Shown here: one piece after another, positions 48,215-61,013 of the stretch | Layout of the letters: each line of letters opens with the position of its first letter | How positions within the stretch are numbered: the first letter of the stretch is position 1 | From: Tubulanus polymorphus | Lineage: Eukaryota; Animalia; Nemertea | Assembly (NCBI RefSeq): GCF_964204645.1 | Contig: NC_134028.1 | Coordinates: 8,928,001-8,992,000, forward strand | DNA length: 64,000 nt | Direction of reading: 5' to 3' | Position numbers and translations under genes: made by a program | Notes under the pieces: generated by a model | The model's input: only the letters and a program-made list of their open reading frames with translations | Database searches by the model: none | Told to the model about the DNA's origin: nothing

Positions 48215-51129
48215 ATCTTTACAGCCAAACAGGAGAGGGACCAGTGTCTAACACTTGGTTGCGTCTAGCCGAGGAGGAACGCTTGCTGGACTATGCTTCT
48301 GACCAGGAATCTAGTGAAAGCCCTGTTGATGAGCCGCTGCCTCTGTATGATGTGGGTAACTTGACAATAGCTGAACCAACTGATGAGGATAACGACTTCT
48401 GTAAGTCACAATGTTTTTAGAAAATTGTTTCAATAATAATTCTATTTCAGTTCTGTTAAGTTCATTCCTGTAATTGATTCCTCTGATTACTGTTGACTTC
48501 ATGAAATGCCCTCAGGCAATCACTGAATCCATTACATTTTGATTAAGGGATAATGATTTTTGTGTATTATTTTTCATTGTAGTTTTTCCGACTGACACCA
48601 ACTACACCAGTTCTTCCCGTTGACACCGTGTCCATTGATACTCCGTTGCCGATGGAAACTGAGGAGGTCACTGAGCTTGAACCCGATGATGCTGTGCCAG
48701 AATTTCGCTTAGCGACCCTTGATACTCCAGAGCTGCAGCCCTTTGAACTATTGAATGTTCCATCTATTGAATCTCCTCCGGAGGATTCGGATGAGCATGT
48801 AAGTTTTCTATAAAAAAAGTTTTCGTTCGATTTGTGTTGATGTTGTTAAAGACAAATTGCTCAGAACTGGTGACAGTTCAATTACTACCATTGTACACTA
48901 CATTTTCAGATTCATGGAATTTAATTTCAAATATCTATTTTATTCAGGATTCTTTGGGACCAGACGGTATTGCTGGATATGGAAAGCTTGATGTCTTGGC
49001 TGAGAAACTGGTAAACTTAGATGAGAATTCACTGGCTCTTACAAACAACGAAGCTCGTGAAATCATTGATTTGTGGCAGAACTTGGACGACTATGACAAG
49101 AGGTCCATCATCAAACCACGCCATCAACCAACTCTCAGTCAAGGTAGATTTCGAGGTACAAAGAAACGTGCTGGCTTGGCTCCAGGAGTTGAAAGTTCAC
49201 AGAGGTAAGCCTAATCTACTGTGTTTTTCATTTCAAAATAAATGTACTAATTAGTCGAAATTGCCAAATGAATATTAAATGGCAATATAATCGTAGAGCT
49301 CAATTTAACCCAACAATAGAGGTTACATGGTTTTACCTAAATAAACTGTTAAAGGTAATCAAGTATTTATGAAAATTTTCAGAGCTTTTCTGGGACCAAA
49401 TTCGGCACCTGCTCAGTAGTCAGCTTGTAATCGCTATGTCAAGACAACCATGGTGAAGCTGTGTGCGAAGTATCCAGCACCAAAAATGGTTTCAGGAGTG
49501 CGAGTTACGTGATGGATCCTTATCTCCCGCATATACAAGCACATAAGAGAAGCCGTCATCGGAAATCCTGTGGTTATGCATCATTCAAACATTCAGCTTC
49601 CAGAGTTGAATATTACGACTATAACCCAATGGTTAGTTAACCTTTAATGCCCCACCTCTTCACCAACTAAGTTATTATTAATCATATTGAGATGATGTTC
49701 ATAAAATGTTTTTTTTTTTCATTTAAGGTGGAATCGACATTCTAAGAAGCAAGAGGAAATGGTTCGTAGGCAGGGAATTCAAATCCCGAATCCTCCTTTG
49801 GCAAGCCAGCAACCATTGCTTATTGCTTGTCAAAAGCCTTCTGTGCTGCCGAGAGGATCCACTGATGATCGCCATACCTTTGTGCTTCCTACGAACACTG
49901 CTGGAATGGCAAAAATAAAGCGGCGAAGAACAACTGCTTCTGCAACTGCGACTCTCGCACCAGTAGCTGCGGCAGCAACTAGTACGCGGACTGCACCGCA
50001 GATTCCTCAGAATGTTATTGGTTTGTCAGGCGCTCATCAGTCCCTCAATGCATGTACTACCACATATACTACTGGACTGATTGGTTGCTCACAAATCATG
50101 ACAGGACCTGTTGAGTCTAAGGAGCTGAAAGTTTGCAGTCAGCCACTACCCAGCTGATTATTGTTGCAGCGCCATAAGACCAGAGCGTTCTGCCTAAGGT
50201 CATCCATTCTGAATCGATGGGTAATATACAGGTTGTTCCTTACACAACCCATATGCACAGATTACACACGAAGGTACGTCTAAAGGCAAATGCAACCAAG
50301 TCGAACAATATGATGTTGTGCGCACCTATTGGTTCATTCAATTGTTGCACCTGCACAGCACGACTTGCTGCATGCTGACTGAATACGGAACGGAACCCGG
50401 ACTAATGTCACGTTTTTAGGTACAGAATAAATGGGATTCGAACCGAAACCTAAATAGAACGCAAAAAAAAAGTCATTTTGCGTTTAGCTATGTCACAACA
50501 TTCTTCCTTTTTGACCTTATCGCGAGCAGACGGCTAGTCTAAAAACCGGGAAATGTATCGAGCATTTTTGATGTTTACGGCCTCAAAAACCTCTCGATTT
50601 TGAAGGAATCCAAGGTAGATCACACGCTATCATTAAATGAAAACGTAGTTGGTGAAGCACTCGATAATGATTGAAACGATGTATCATATACCTATATTCC
50701 TTCGGGATTGAAATGAGTAATCATCGATCTTCGTTGTTGGTAACACCCACAACATTTATCGCTGATTTGCTTTAAATTTTGATGTATAATTCATCTATTC
50801 ACCTCAAGAGTATACAATTGAAATCCTGTCATCCATGGCGCTGACCGTCGTATGATGGTGTGAAGGCCTAATATAACAGTTAGTGGCTACTCACAAAATA
50901 CTTGAGCCTAGCCTCACAAATACAAACGCTTCAAATACAGATTTAAAGCCAACGAATAGGCCTTTATTCATTGAACTTGTCTTTGGTAAGTGAATAAGGC
51001 CTAGATGTGGTTATCAAGTACCTAGTACTAAGGCCTAGTACAGGCCTAGTACTAAGGCTAGGTCGCCAGAGCCGTATGACATAGGCCTAGACCCAGACCA
51101 TGGAGCCTAGTTTTAAAGTCACTCAGTTC

Positions 51130-52330
51130 TTTTTTTTCCAGGGGCAGGGTCGATTGGTAATTCAATTCAACTCTAAATTGTTGTTTTGCACCTGTGGTGT
51201 TCGCCTAGCCTAAGTTACACATTGCCACTCCCCCCCAAATACCCAAATCTAATGGCTCCGTCCATGCCTGAAAGTATTAGACCGGCCAGTATAATATGAC
51301 AATATCTTCATATTTTAGGGTCGTGTTGTGGCTGATTGGTCACTAGAGTGCTTGTGGATCCCGCCGTTTAATATGCACTTGTGGTGCTCGTGGTAAATTA
51401 CTCATTGCTCCCCCTTAGAAATGTGGATCAAAGCTTGTAAGTATTAGACCGGCCAGTATAATCAGACAATATCTTCATATTTTAGGGTCGTGTCAAAGTC
51501 GATTGGTCTCTGTCCGTGGATCCAGCCATTTTTTTCGCACCTGTGGTGCTTGCTGTAAGTTTCACAGTGCTCCTCCCCCTTTATTATAAACAAAAACACC
51601 TCTAGTAAGATCTTTTTTTAGGGTCACTTCGTCTGTTCGGTTGCTTTTCCTGAGGATCCCGCCGTTTATGTTGCACTGTGGTGCTCGCGGTAAGTTTACA
51701 CATTGCCCCCACCCTAAATATGTGGATAAGCTTACATGCCTGATATTATAGGAATAAAAACACCTCTAACAAGACTTTTATTTGTTTTTTAGGGTCGCTT
51801 CACCTGTTCAGTCGCTGATCTCTTGGATCCTTTTCGCATTCAGTCGATAATTTCTCATATTGTACCCTTACAACAGGACATTCTTTTCTTTCTACTTAGA
51901 GTAAATTCATAGGCTTTGATGTTAGCGGCGGATCCGGCCATTTATTTTGCACCAGTGGTGCTCGCGTTAAGTTACACATTGCTCTTACCCACCCCTAAAT
52001 ATGTTGATCCATGTTGAAAGTATTAGACCGGCCAGTATAATGAGACAATATCTTCATATTTAAGGGTCGTGTTGTAGCTGATTGGTCTCTGCTCTTGGAT
52101 CCCGCCGTTTATTTTGCAACTGTGGTGCTCGCGTGAAGTTACACATTGCTCCTCCCCCTAAATATGTTGATCCATGCCTGATAAGTATAAGACCGGCCAG
52201 TATAATGAGACAATAACTTCATATTTGAGGTCGTGTTGTAGCTGATTGGTCGCTGCTCGTGGATACCGCCGGGTATTTTGCACCTGTGGTGCTTGGGGTA
52301 AGATATACATTGCTCCTCCCCCTAAAAATT
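51130..52330. repeat. ~165-bp diverged satellite, about 7 units
   Basis: AAGTATTAGACCGGCCAGTATAAT-type motif at 51272, 51439, 52018 and 52183. A GCACCTGTGGTG-like motif recurs seven times. Confidence 0.85.
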
Positions 52331-52528
52331 TGCCTGCAATGCACCTAAAACCAGTTTTGTATATTTTTTCAGTACCCGTTTTTGTCATGAAGTGGTCGCC
52401 TTAATTAAGATCTTCAGATATCTATTAACAACAAAAGTAAGTAGCTTCGGCAATTATTTAGTGCGATAATGTATCAAGAATCACTTATGCAACTGCTTTC
52501 TAATCGTTGTCATGTTTTCATTGTGTAG

Positions 52529-52967
52529 ATGGCTAGTACACCAACCATAGGCTCCAAGGGAAAATCAGGAAAAAGGAAATTGTATTTCAGTTCTCGGTCT
52601 AAGTCAGCAAAGTGCAAAGTTAAAATGGATAAATTGTTAAAACTACATCTTCGTCTTCCATCAAAACGATTTTTACGGATGAAAAGTATTCTTGATTCCA
52701 TGGGGTTCCCTATTTTCACGCCTGTTGCCCATATCCGTCAAGAACTGAATAACTGCAGTAAGGAACTTGTGCCCTATATTGAAGCAGGAGAAACTATTTT
52801 AGAGGAATACCGCCGAATGCATGAGAAGAAATTAGCACCCTTTGTTGTACTGAATGAACCAAACAAGCAAATTGAAAGAGCTTGTATTCATTTATCTGAA
52901 AACAATCGGCTGCATGATTATGATCAATTCAAGAATGAAATCTTGATGAAAATCGAAGCAGCAACCG
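52529..52967 (+). pseudogene. Unidentified ORF fragment, probably the N-terminus of a transposase
   Basis: Open for ~146 codons with a basic N-terminus, then runs directly into Copia gag. Weak RAG1/Transib-like pattern. Confidence 0.3.
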
Positions 52968-54610
52968 ATCTTCGATGGAAATGAACAGAAGTATGAACTT
53001 TGGGAGGAAAAATTCTTCAGGTTTATGCGTATCTTAAAGTTGCATGATGTCGTGACAATGAATACCGTGGTGACCGCAGAACCCGAGAAGAATAAAGATG
53101 CGTATTAGTCCAGTGTGTGGATGACCGAAGCCTTTCGTTAATAATGCCGGATGCGAAAGATGATGGATATAGCGTGTTAAAGATTTTACGACCGCATGAT
53201 TTGAGTACCAGGAAACTGAAGATAATTTCGCTCTATACAGTACTTACAACGCTCAGCAAGAAACTCGATTCGGAAGAGACAGTAACGGATTATATCCTGA
53301 CAGCGGAGACTGCTGCTGCCTTGTTAAAATCGGCAGGTGAAACCGTAAGTGACGCTCTGTTAATTTCTATGACTATTGAAGGTCTACGAGTAGACGAGTA
53401 TAAATCTTTTTGTACCGTTATTACACAAAAAGAGTTAACGACATTTGCAGAATTCAAAGTAGCGTTACGTAATTATGAGGAAACCAATAAAACTGCTGTA
53501 AGGAATGACAATATTTTAACCGTTGATGTACGACCACAAAATAACAAGAACCAGCAGGGAGATCGGCAGATGACATGTTATAACTGCGGAAAACGTGGCC
53601 ACCTGGCTGCAAATTGTCGTCAACCAAAAACCGGTCAAAATAATCGGTTGTGTACTACATGTCGCAGTACCCCACACGATACTAAATACTGTCACAAAAA
53701 TAACGGTGCAGCGGCTAAATCAGTGGAAACGGAATCCGAGGAAAATGTTGGCGGTGCTTTTGTCTTTCAAGCAAGCGTCGATAATGGATATAGTGTGGGT
53801 ACTGTTATCGATCGAATGCTCGTCGACTGTTATCGAAGTTTAATAATTTGGATACTACATTTAATCCGCAAGAACACTATATCGAACTGGCGGATGGTAC
53901 ACGAGAAAATGGACTAGCCGTGAAATGTGGCGATGCGAAAATATTGTTGACGGACGATAAGGGAGTAGTTTACGTTATTACTCTCAAAAATGGTTATGCG
54001 TTCCAAAATTCAAACAGAACATTTTTTCTGTACAAGCGGCGACAGAGGAGGGAGCAACTATTAGTTTTAAGAACAATTCTGGAACTCTCATTACCACCGA
54101 TGGTACTACGTTTTATATAGTTAGAGAAGGACGATTGTACTAACGTATTATGTCATTTCGGGTAAACAGAGAAATCATAGCCTACAGGAATGGCACCGTA
54201 TTATGGGCCACTTTAATACTTCTGACATCAAAAAACTTAAGAAAGTAGTTAATGGTATGAAGATACAAGGGTCGAAACTGGACTTTAAATGTGAAAAATG
54301 CACATTAGGTAAGATGTCCCAATATAGAATTAGAGATCCAGATGAACAGGCTAACGTGCCATTTGATGTCATTCATTGTGATCTTGCCGGCCTGATTACA
54401 CCTGAAGGAATGGGTGGCTATAAATATGCTTTATGCTGTGTAGATGATTATTCAGGTACTATTGCTATTTACTTCATTAGAAATAAAAGTGATACTACAC
54501 AGGCATTTCGAATCTTCTTAGCAGATAGTTCCCCCTATGGCAAGGTCAACATAGTTAAATGTGTAAGAAGTGAAATTACCTCCAAAGAGTTTACCTCCGC
54601 TTTCGTCATC
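52968..54610 (+). pseudogene. Ty1/Copia gag-protease-integrase fragment, no LTRs
   Basis: IFDGNEQKYELWEEKF; VQCVDDRSLSLIM..AKDDG; knuckles CYNCGKRGHLAANC and CTTCRSTPHDTKYC; LVDC; WHRIMGH..CEKCTLGK; IHCDLAG..VDDYSG. Integrase directly follows protease, the Copia order. Confidence 0.9.
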
Positions 54611-54699
54611 AGATAGGCCTAGGTTAAAACATTAACAAAATCTTAGCGATGTTAACTTAGCTGCGGCCGCTGCAAATTCACTGCCGCTGGTTAGGCCTA

Positions 54700-55025
54700 C
54701 ATGTAATCGGCAGTTATTAAGTGATGATGAGAATTCTGATGATGATAGGCTTTCTTTCATGCGCGATGAAATTGGGGATGTTTTAAAGCATGTCACGACA
54801 GCAACATCGTCTGCAGATGATGAAATGATCCGTATAAGTTTTTTTGCGTCAGTTAATCGTCGAAAAACACCTGTCGATTAAATGATGGAGAGCCGTGCCA
54901 CACTGCCTTTGAAAAGAAGGATATTAGAGACCTCAGGATGTCTATGAGCGCTCTACCAGAGTATGAAAAGGACTTGATTATCTTGGGCAAAATCAGTTCA
55001 TTCATGTTCAATGAGAAAATGACAG
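54700..55025 (+). pseudogene. Second Sola1 transposase fragment (N-terminal region)
   Basis: SKNTCRLNDGEPCH..LRMSMSALPEYEKDLIILGKIS aligns with SKSNRCSLANGEPCY..MRMNMISLNDYEKDLILLGKLS at 11260-11410. Confidence 0.8.
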
Positions 55026-55544
55026 TTACCTGTATGGACTGGTGTGTTGTTTTAAGGAGGGGTGCTCCTATCCTGTTTGTGCTGAAGATATGGTGGATCA
55101 TAGTATGGTATGGTATGAAAATGGCCCGCCCATAACTTTTATTCCTTGGCCATGTGTAGATGAGCTACAAAAACCATGCAAAGATTGTGAAATGTGTCTT
55201 GGGACATTTTCGTCCATATGAGAAATTACTCGAAATGCTTTAATATGTCTGAAACTAATGTTGACCCTGGAAATTGCCCGCCAACATTGGTTATTGGCTC
55301 TGTATTTGGAAAGAAGAGGGCTGAAGTAAATAAAGGTTCAGAAATGGCACGTGCTGGTCTCGTTCCTGAACTTGATGAACTCACTGCAAAAGATCTTTCA
55401 GCGAAGTTAAGCTTATCAACTGATCGTATCTATTATCATTACACCCATTTGGCACAGGTCCATAAGTCCCGAGTTTTTGGTGCACAAAAAGCTGCAGCAA
55501 CGTGTAGATCTTATCGAGCCCCTGAAAATGCTTATGTAGAATAA
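55026..55544 (+). pseudogene. C-terminal fragment of a Cys-rich transposase-type protein (possibly Zator-related)
   Basis: YLYGLVCCFKEGCSYPVC..WYENGPP..FIPWPCVD..CKDCEMCLGHF..HLAQVHKSRVFGAQKAAAT. Family assignment is tentative. Confidence 0.35.
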
Positions 55545-55613
55545 CCTGAAATTTGGGTACTGGCATACTTGAATTTGCATTTGGGCATGAAAAGAGAAAT
55601 ATCTATTTGTACC

Positions 55614-55819
55614 CATCCTCGCTTGTCAGGGTTTGATCGCCACACGAAGCTCACACCAACACTGTGCGCAAAGCCTTCATTTGTCTATAACAATGCCCAT
55701 AATTCCTTGCATCTGATTGGCTAGATACATAGACTGGTAGGCGCCAAGCCCAAGGAATTGTGGCTTTGTATTGGCGTGAGCTTCAGTGGGCGGCAATCAA
55801 ACCCTGGCAAGTGAGGATG
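55614..55819. mobile_element. 206-bp MITE with 9-bp TSD
   Basis: Imperfect ~45-bp TIRs CATCCTCGCTTGTCAGGGTTTGATCGCC... / ...GGCAATCAAACCCTGGCAAGTGAGGATG. TSD ATTTGTACC at 55605-55613 and 55820-55828. Confidence 0.88.
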
Positions 55820-56589
55820 ATTTGTACCTAAAAAGTGTAAACTTTGAATTGTGTTATAATCGCTTTTGGACAATTTCATTCTGATGCGAACAGCCATCAA
55901 GGGAATTTGTATTGCATCTTACATGTTGTTTTTTTTCCTTCAGGAATGAAACTGAAAACTAGAAGGTTGTAGACTGCTGGTAATCACTGAATGGTTTCAG
56001 TGTATTCATCATTCCATCAACGTTTGTAATACCAGTACATTATATTTGTTCTTCAGATTCAATCCCAAATGGATGCTATAGAAAGTAATTAGATTTTAAT
56101 AGTTTTATTGCTAAATATGAAGAAAAATTGTCTTTGTGTCAGATTTGACCTTGAAATTACTTAACGTTTTATAAATTTGCCAAGAAAAACATCTTAAAGA
56201 CAATGAATCCTTGATATCTCGGAAATGGGAATGTATATCAAAATAGAATTTGGCACTGCCATTTAATACAATTTTTCTTCAAATTTTATAGCAGTATAAG
56301 ATTCTGAAATCCGTGAAACTTCTTCTTAAATATAATCTGCATCATCTATCTGGGACTCACTTTAAAACAATGTCTGTACTGTTTAAGGTCTTGTACTGAC
56401 GGCTTGGTGTGTTATACATTTTAATTTTGGTAGACAATTATTAACACCTTTTTTTTTGGTCAAATATGGACAGACGTTCTCAAGTATGTTATTTCATGAT
56501 TTTCCACTTCATGTCATTGGAGGATTTTATGAAAAGCACCACTGCTAGAGCACCTTTTAATAGTTATACATTGTAAATTCAATAATGTT

Positions 56590-58076
56590 TGTTCACGTTC
56601 GCAATATACTATCATTGTGCGTCGCATGATTTAAACCTTGTGCTCTCTAAAGCCTGCGCCGTTCCTGAATTGCATAACATGGTATGTCTGTTGCAGTCTG
56701 TCGGTGCATTTTTTAGATATTCACCGAAGCGCTCACGTGAACTGGAGAAATGCGTTGATGAGATGAATGAAGATCCAACCAGAATAGAAAAAATTCAGAA
56801 ATCAAAAATAAAACTACCGTGTGAAACACATTGGGTCGAAAGGCATACTGCACTAGACGACTTTGCGGTATTGTGTGAACCACTGGTGAACTGCTTGGAA
56901 AGGATGAAACTAAACGAAAACTGGAGTTGGAACCCAAAAACTGGGACAGAAGCATATGGATTGCATGCTCAGATACAAACTTCTGGATTCATTGCAGCTT
57001 TTCAAATATGTCATCACATCTTCGGCTACACGAAAATCTTGTCGAAATTGCTCCAAGAACGAAAGATCGACATCGTCCGGGCGAAAGAACACATTGACCT
57101 AGCACTTACGAAAATAAAGAAGATTCGATCAAATGCTGAACCAGAGTTCAGAGTAGTGTTCACAAAGGCAGGGAAACTGGGCGTCACACTCGCAATACCC
57201 CGTCATTGTTCTAGGCAGACATTTAGGAATAATGTTGATGGTGAAACACCAGAAGTTTACTACAGACGCGCCTTCTTGCCTTTTATCGACACAGTGATCA
57301 GACAAATGACTGAACACTTTGGGCAGCTGTGGAAAACAGCCACGCAGGCGATGCATCTCATTCCAAGTTACTTGGAGAAAGTCAAACCGACAAGATACTC
57401 AACGAGATATATTCGTTTTACAAAGACGACATGCCTTCACCCAGTAGCTTCAAGCAAGAGGTTTGCTTATGGAAGCAATTCTGGGTTAGTGAGCCGGCTA
57501 AGTCATCAACGATCAGTGAAACGATCAGACACCCGAAGACACTGCCATTCGAGAATGTTTCTGCTGTAATGCATCTGCTCCTTGTCACTGCGTCCACGAG
57601 CGTGGAAGTTGAGAGGGCTAACTCGTCTCTCAAGTTCGCCAAAAATGACCATAGGTCGACGATGAATGAAGAACGCCTGAATGCTCTCGTATTGTTGTTT
57701 GTGCACCGTTACATAAAACTTGACTACAAGGTGATTATTGACAGTTATGCAAGGAAAAACACAAATGCTCATGTTGGATCCGCTCATGTTGGAGCAGATA
57801 AGAAAATATCTTTGATTGTAGGACAAGCGGCCTTTTTATTGTAAATAAACACACGCAGAACTTTCGTACTTCGTAGTTTATTACCTTATTTTATTATGTT
57901 AAAGATTTAAAAGAGAAAACGGTCAGTTTTTCAGACACATTATTTGAATTTTGGGTCTTTAGATTGTCTCAGAAAGAGTGTGTGAAGCAGAAACTTCGAA
58001 AATTTCGCGCTTCGGCAGGTAAGGAGATTGTCGAGATGGGCGCCCCCTCTTTCCTAGAAACCTGGATCCGCCCCTG
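56590..58076 (+). mobile_element. 5'-truncated hAT transposon (THAP12/ZMYM1-like transposase pseudogene plus right terminus)
   Basis: YYHCASHDLNLVL, FFRYSPKR, CETHWVERH; dimerisation domain VERANSSLK..RSTMNEERLNALVLLFVHR; one frameshift near 57380; terminus CCTGGATCCGCCCCTG at 58061-58076. Confidence 0.88.
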
Positions 58077-59538
58077 CTCTCCCCCCCCATTCTGCATTTA
58101 AATTGCCTTCAAACCCCAAAGGTATGGTTATTGTTATTCTTTTACTTTAATTGTTAGAAGGATATAAGAAAATTGTGCTAATACCCGTAATAATATGTAC
58201 CGCTATTTACATTTAATAATGGTAAAGCTCGGAAAAAAGCCAAAAACTTCCTAAATGGATATACCCTTTCCTCTGACCCTGGATCCGCCCCAAGCAAAGT
58301 TATTACTAACTACATTCTAGATAATCAGAAACTTAGCATTGCAGAACTTTGGGTTTTAGTAGTCTCTACAAATGTATCTTGGTATTATACCAAACGAACC
58401 TGCAAAAAACCCAGAGACAAGTTTTATCTCAAGGTTCAGCACTAGTGAAAATCTAGTGACATCGACGAGCGAAATCTCTGATACGGATTATTTTGATCAC
58501 AAGTAATGATTTTCGGCACATTTCTTGTAGTGTTACTTAGTTGCCAAGACCCTGCTATATTATATATTTTTGTAATTACTAGTCGTACCGATTTCTATTC
58601 AATATCTATCATTTATTGTATACGCACAGTTCGGAAGTTTACGGTAAATATCCGGAGATGTCGGCAAGTCGAACACGCGACACCTCTCATACGGTAAATT
58701 ATTTAGTTCCCAAGACTCTGTTCTTGTGTTAGAGAAAACTGATTTTCTACCCACTATTCGTACCGATCTTCATTCATTATCTTACATTTCTTTTAGATGC
58801 ACAGTTCGGAAATCAAGATCCATATTCTACAAACGGTAGATGCGATTGAAAGGAAACCAAAACCGCATCCTCATCAGCGTAATTTGAAATTGGATTGGGT
58901 AATTTCAAATATTGCTTAGGCAGTCACACTAAAGAAATGTGTCCAGCTTATGGCCAAAATTGTGGTTGTTAAACTCATTTCAAAGTTGCGTGGCACGGTA
59001 AAGCGAGAAATGATGGCCGAAGTCAAAGCCGTGTACTGAAACTGAATGAAGCAGTCTAGTATTGTCGATGGCTGAGATCGGATGTTGTGTTATTTGTCTC
59101 AGGATTGAGCATAAGGATCTAGAAGCTCGCTCAGACATCACATATGTGATACCCTGTATATCACATGTGTGAATTTTTTGTAAGAGTTCGCACACACACT
59201 TCGTTATTGCATAGATTTTCATGCCATTGCGTGAGGCTAATAAAGACAAAATCCTACTTGAAGTCCAATAGACTTTCTCCTTATCTCTCTCTTATGAACA
59301 AGCCTTAGTGCAGAGGGCTGAGTGTGTAATGACTTAGCTGATAAAAGATCCTCTTTAACTTGGCGATTGACTGTCCTAGCTCAAGCGACATTGTTATTGT
59401 TGGGCTTTCGAAAGTATTTCCTACACCTCAGGAGAATGTACATGGAAAAATACCCGGGCAAACTGAAAATGGCTGCATCAAGATTGGGTATGGTGATATG
59501 CAACTAGTGCACAAATTGCTACAGACCCTGCCACTGGA

Positions 59539-59773
59539 CTGTCAGAAGGCAGTCGTCATGGCCACTCCTGCAGATGCAGCTGCCAAGGACATGGCAGAAA
59601 GAGAACAATATTTTCTAGATATTACGGTCTCTAACCAAAAGTCCATTCCACTCTGGGCTGTCAGAAGGCAGTCGTCACGGCCACCCCTGCAGATGCAGCT
59701 GCCAAGGACATGGCAAAAAGAGAACAATGTTTTCTAGATGTTACGGCGTCTAACCAAAAGTCCATTCCACTCT
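59539..59773. repeat. 119-bp tandem duplication (2 copies)
   Basis: CTGTCAGAAGGCAGTCGTCA...AAGTCCATTCCACTCT starting at 59539 and 59658, with a few substitutions. Confidence 0.9.
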
Positions 59774-59798
59774 AAATAATACAGAGTTAATTGAAAAA

Positions 59799-59999
59799 TT
59801 GTGTAAAATGGTTGATTCTACTCAGATGTCCACATCTAGGGATAACACAGGGGTTGAAGGGAATTATCGGTCACGGGATCTATCCTTTAGGGATAATAGA
59901 CGAAAGCGGTCAAATGAAGGGAATGATCGCAATAGGTCTATTGTATGCAATTTCTGCAACAAGAAAGGGTATGAAGAAAGTGCTTTAGAACACCTATGA
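59799..59999 (+). pseudogene. Retroelement gag zinc-knuckle remnant
   Basis: An R/N-rich stretch followed by VCNFCNKKGYEES, a degenerate CCHC knuckle. Confidence 0.4.
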
Positions 60000-61013
60000 T
60001 TAGTTCAGGCAAGAGAAGGTCAGCACCAACCACATACGTTCCAACAACAATCGTATCGCCGAGGCCAGAGCCCATTTCGCCAACAGACTGTTCGATCATA
60101 TAACTGCAATTACTCGAATTAGAGTTGCCAATAAGACTAAGAAATTGAGAAAACTGAATTAAAATAGCGTGTTTGAGAAGTTTTTACTTGTTGTGCATTG
60201 AACTGTTTTTTGGCAAATCCCCAAAAAAAACTTGCAATAGAAAACAAACTACCAATGCATCAAACATTCCGTCAAATGATTGTGGTAAATGTACGTTAAC
60301 GACTGTCTCTTCAACAGCGTCACAACATTATAACACCAAGGATTGAGTTGTTCCAGTTACAAAAGTGGAACAGCAAAAAAGCGTAATAGTCTTTGACCAA
60401 AAGTTAGAGAGAAAGGAAGCGACTATACACAAGTAAAAATATCGTATAGGCATACTGGAAACAGATGATAAGATAATAAGAAAGAGAAGCCTTGTTCGCA
60501 TCACAAATTTCGCATGTCTCAAGACAACTGATACGTCGTTTTATCATATCTGTACAAAAATTGTTGACAAACAAAAATCAAACAACATGCCCACCAGCCT
60601 GGCAGTACCCATGGCATAACACAGTTCTATGATAAGCAGGTCGAGGACGACCGCTGATTGAAGTACGTACTTCGATTAATGCACGACCGTCGATCGGTGT
60701 ACGGCGTACTTCGTTCCAAGGACGATTGCTTCATACTAAACTACTAACTTTTAATTGTCCACAACACAATTAATACGATGAATTTCATTGGTTGATCAGG
60801 TGGAGACTAACCAATGAGAAGTCTTATTACAAATACACCTATTTCCAGCTCTCGGGATGAAATGAGGAAGTAAATTCAAGTAAATATCGATACATTTTTT
60901 GGAGTTTCGTCAGTAGAAGGTTCGTATATCATGAAATTGCACCATGAACCAAATATTTGGCAATTTAATTTGTTAGTTTTAGCTGTTGAGTTATAAGTTT
61001 GTCACACTTTTAC

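Larger units (their letters stand above)
38999..50260 (+). pseudogene. Multi-exon DUF6729-type putative DDE transposase pseudogene, interrupted by the BEL element
   Basis: WWNPPQP, FAHRMFLWMPRRLW..RCP, LRQVLDID, FPCILTQKYAC, TNVGNEHGQVLMSVLT, YTDRDCC, RLDVWHLMRRF, YRCARGS..ESFHLHL..FIPG, GLARWNKDR. Removing the BEL restores YTGEPIGIGYL|YSQTG. Has GT-AG introns and many frameshifts; end coordinate approximate. Confidence 0.7.

Noticed and set aside
50985-51110. Clustered AGGCCTAG/TAGTACTA palindromic words
   Set aside because: Low-complexity simple repeat; similar TAGGCCTA words also occur in the Sola1 intron and no defined structure is evident.
58890-59060. Gypsy gag knuckle remnant (CLGSHTKEMCPAYGQNC)
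   Set aside because: Suggestive, but too short and degenerate to list as a feature.
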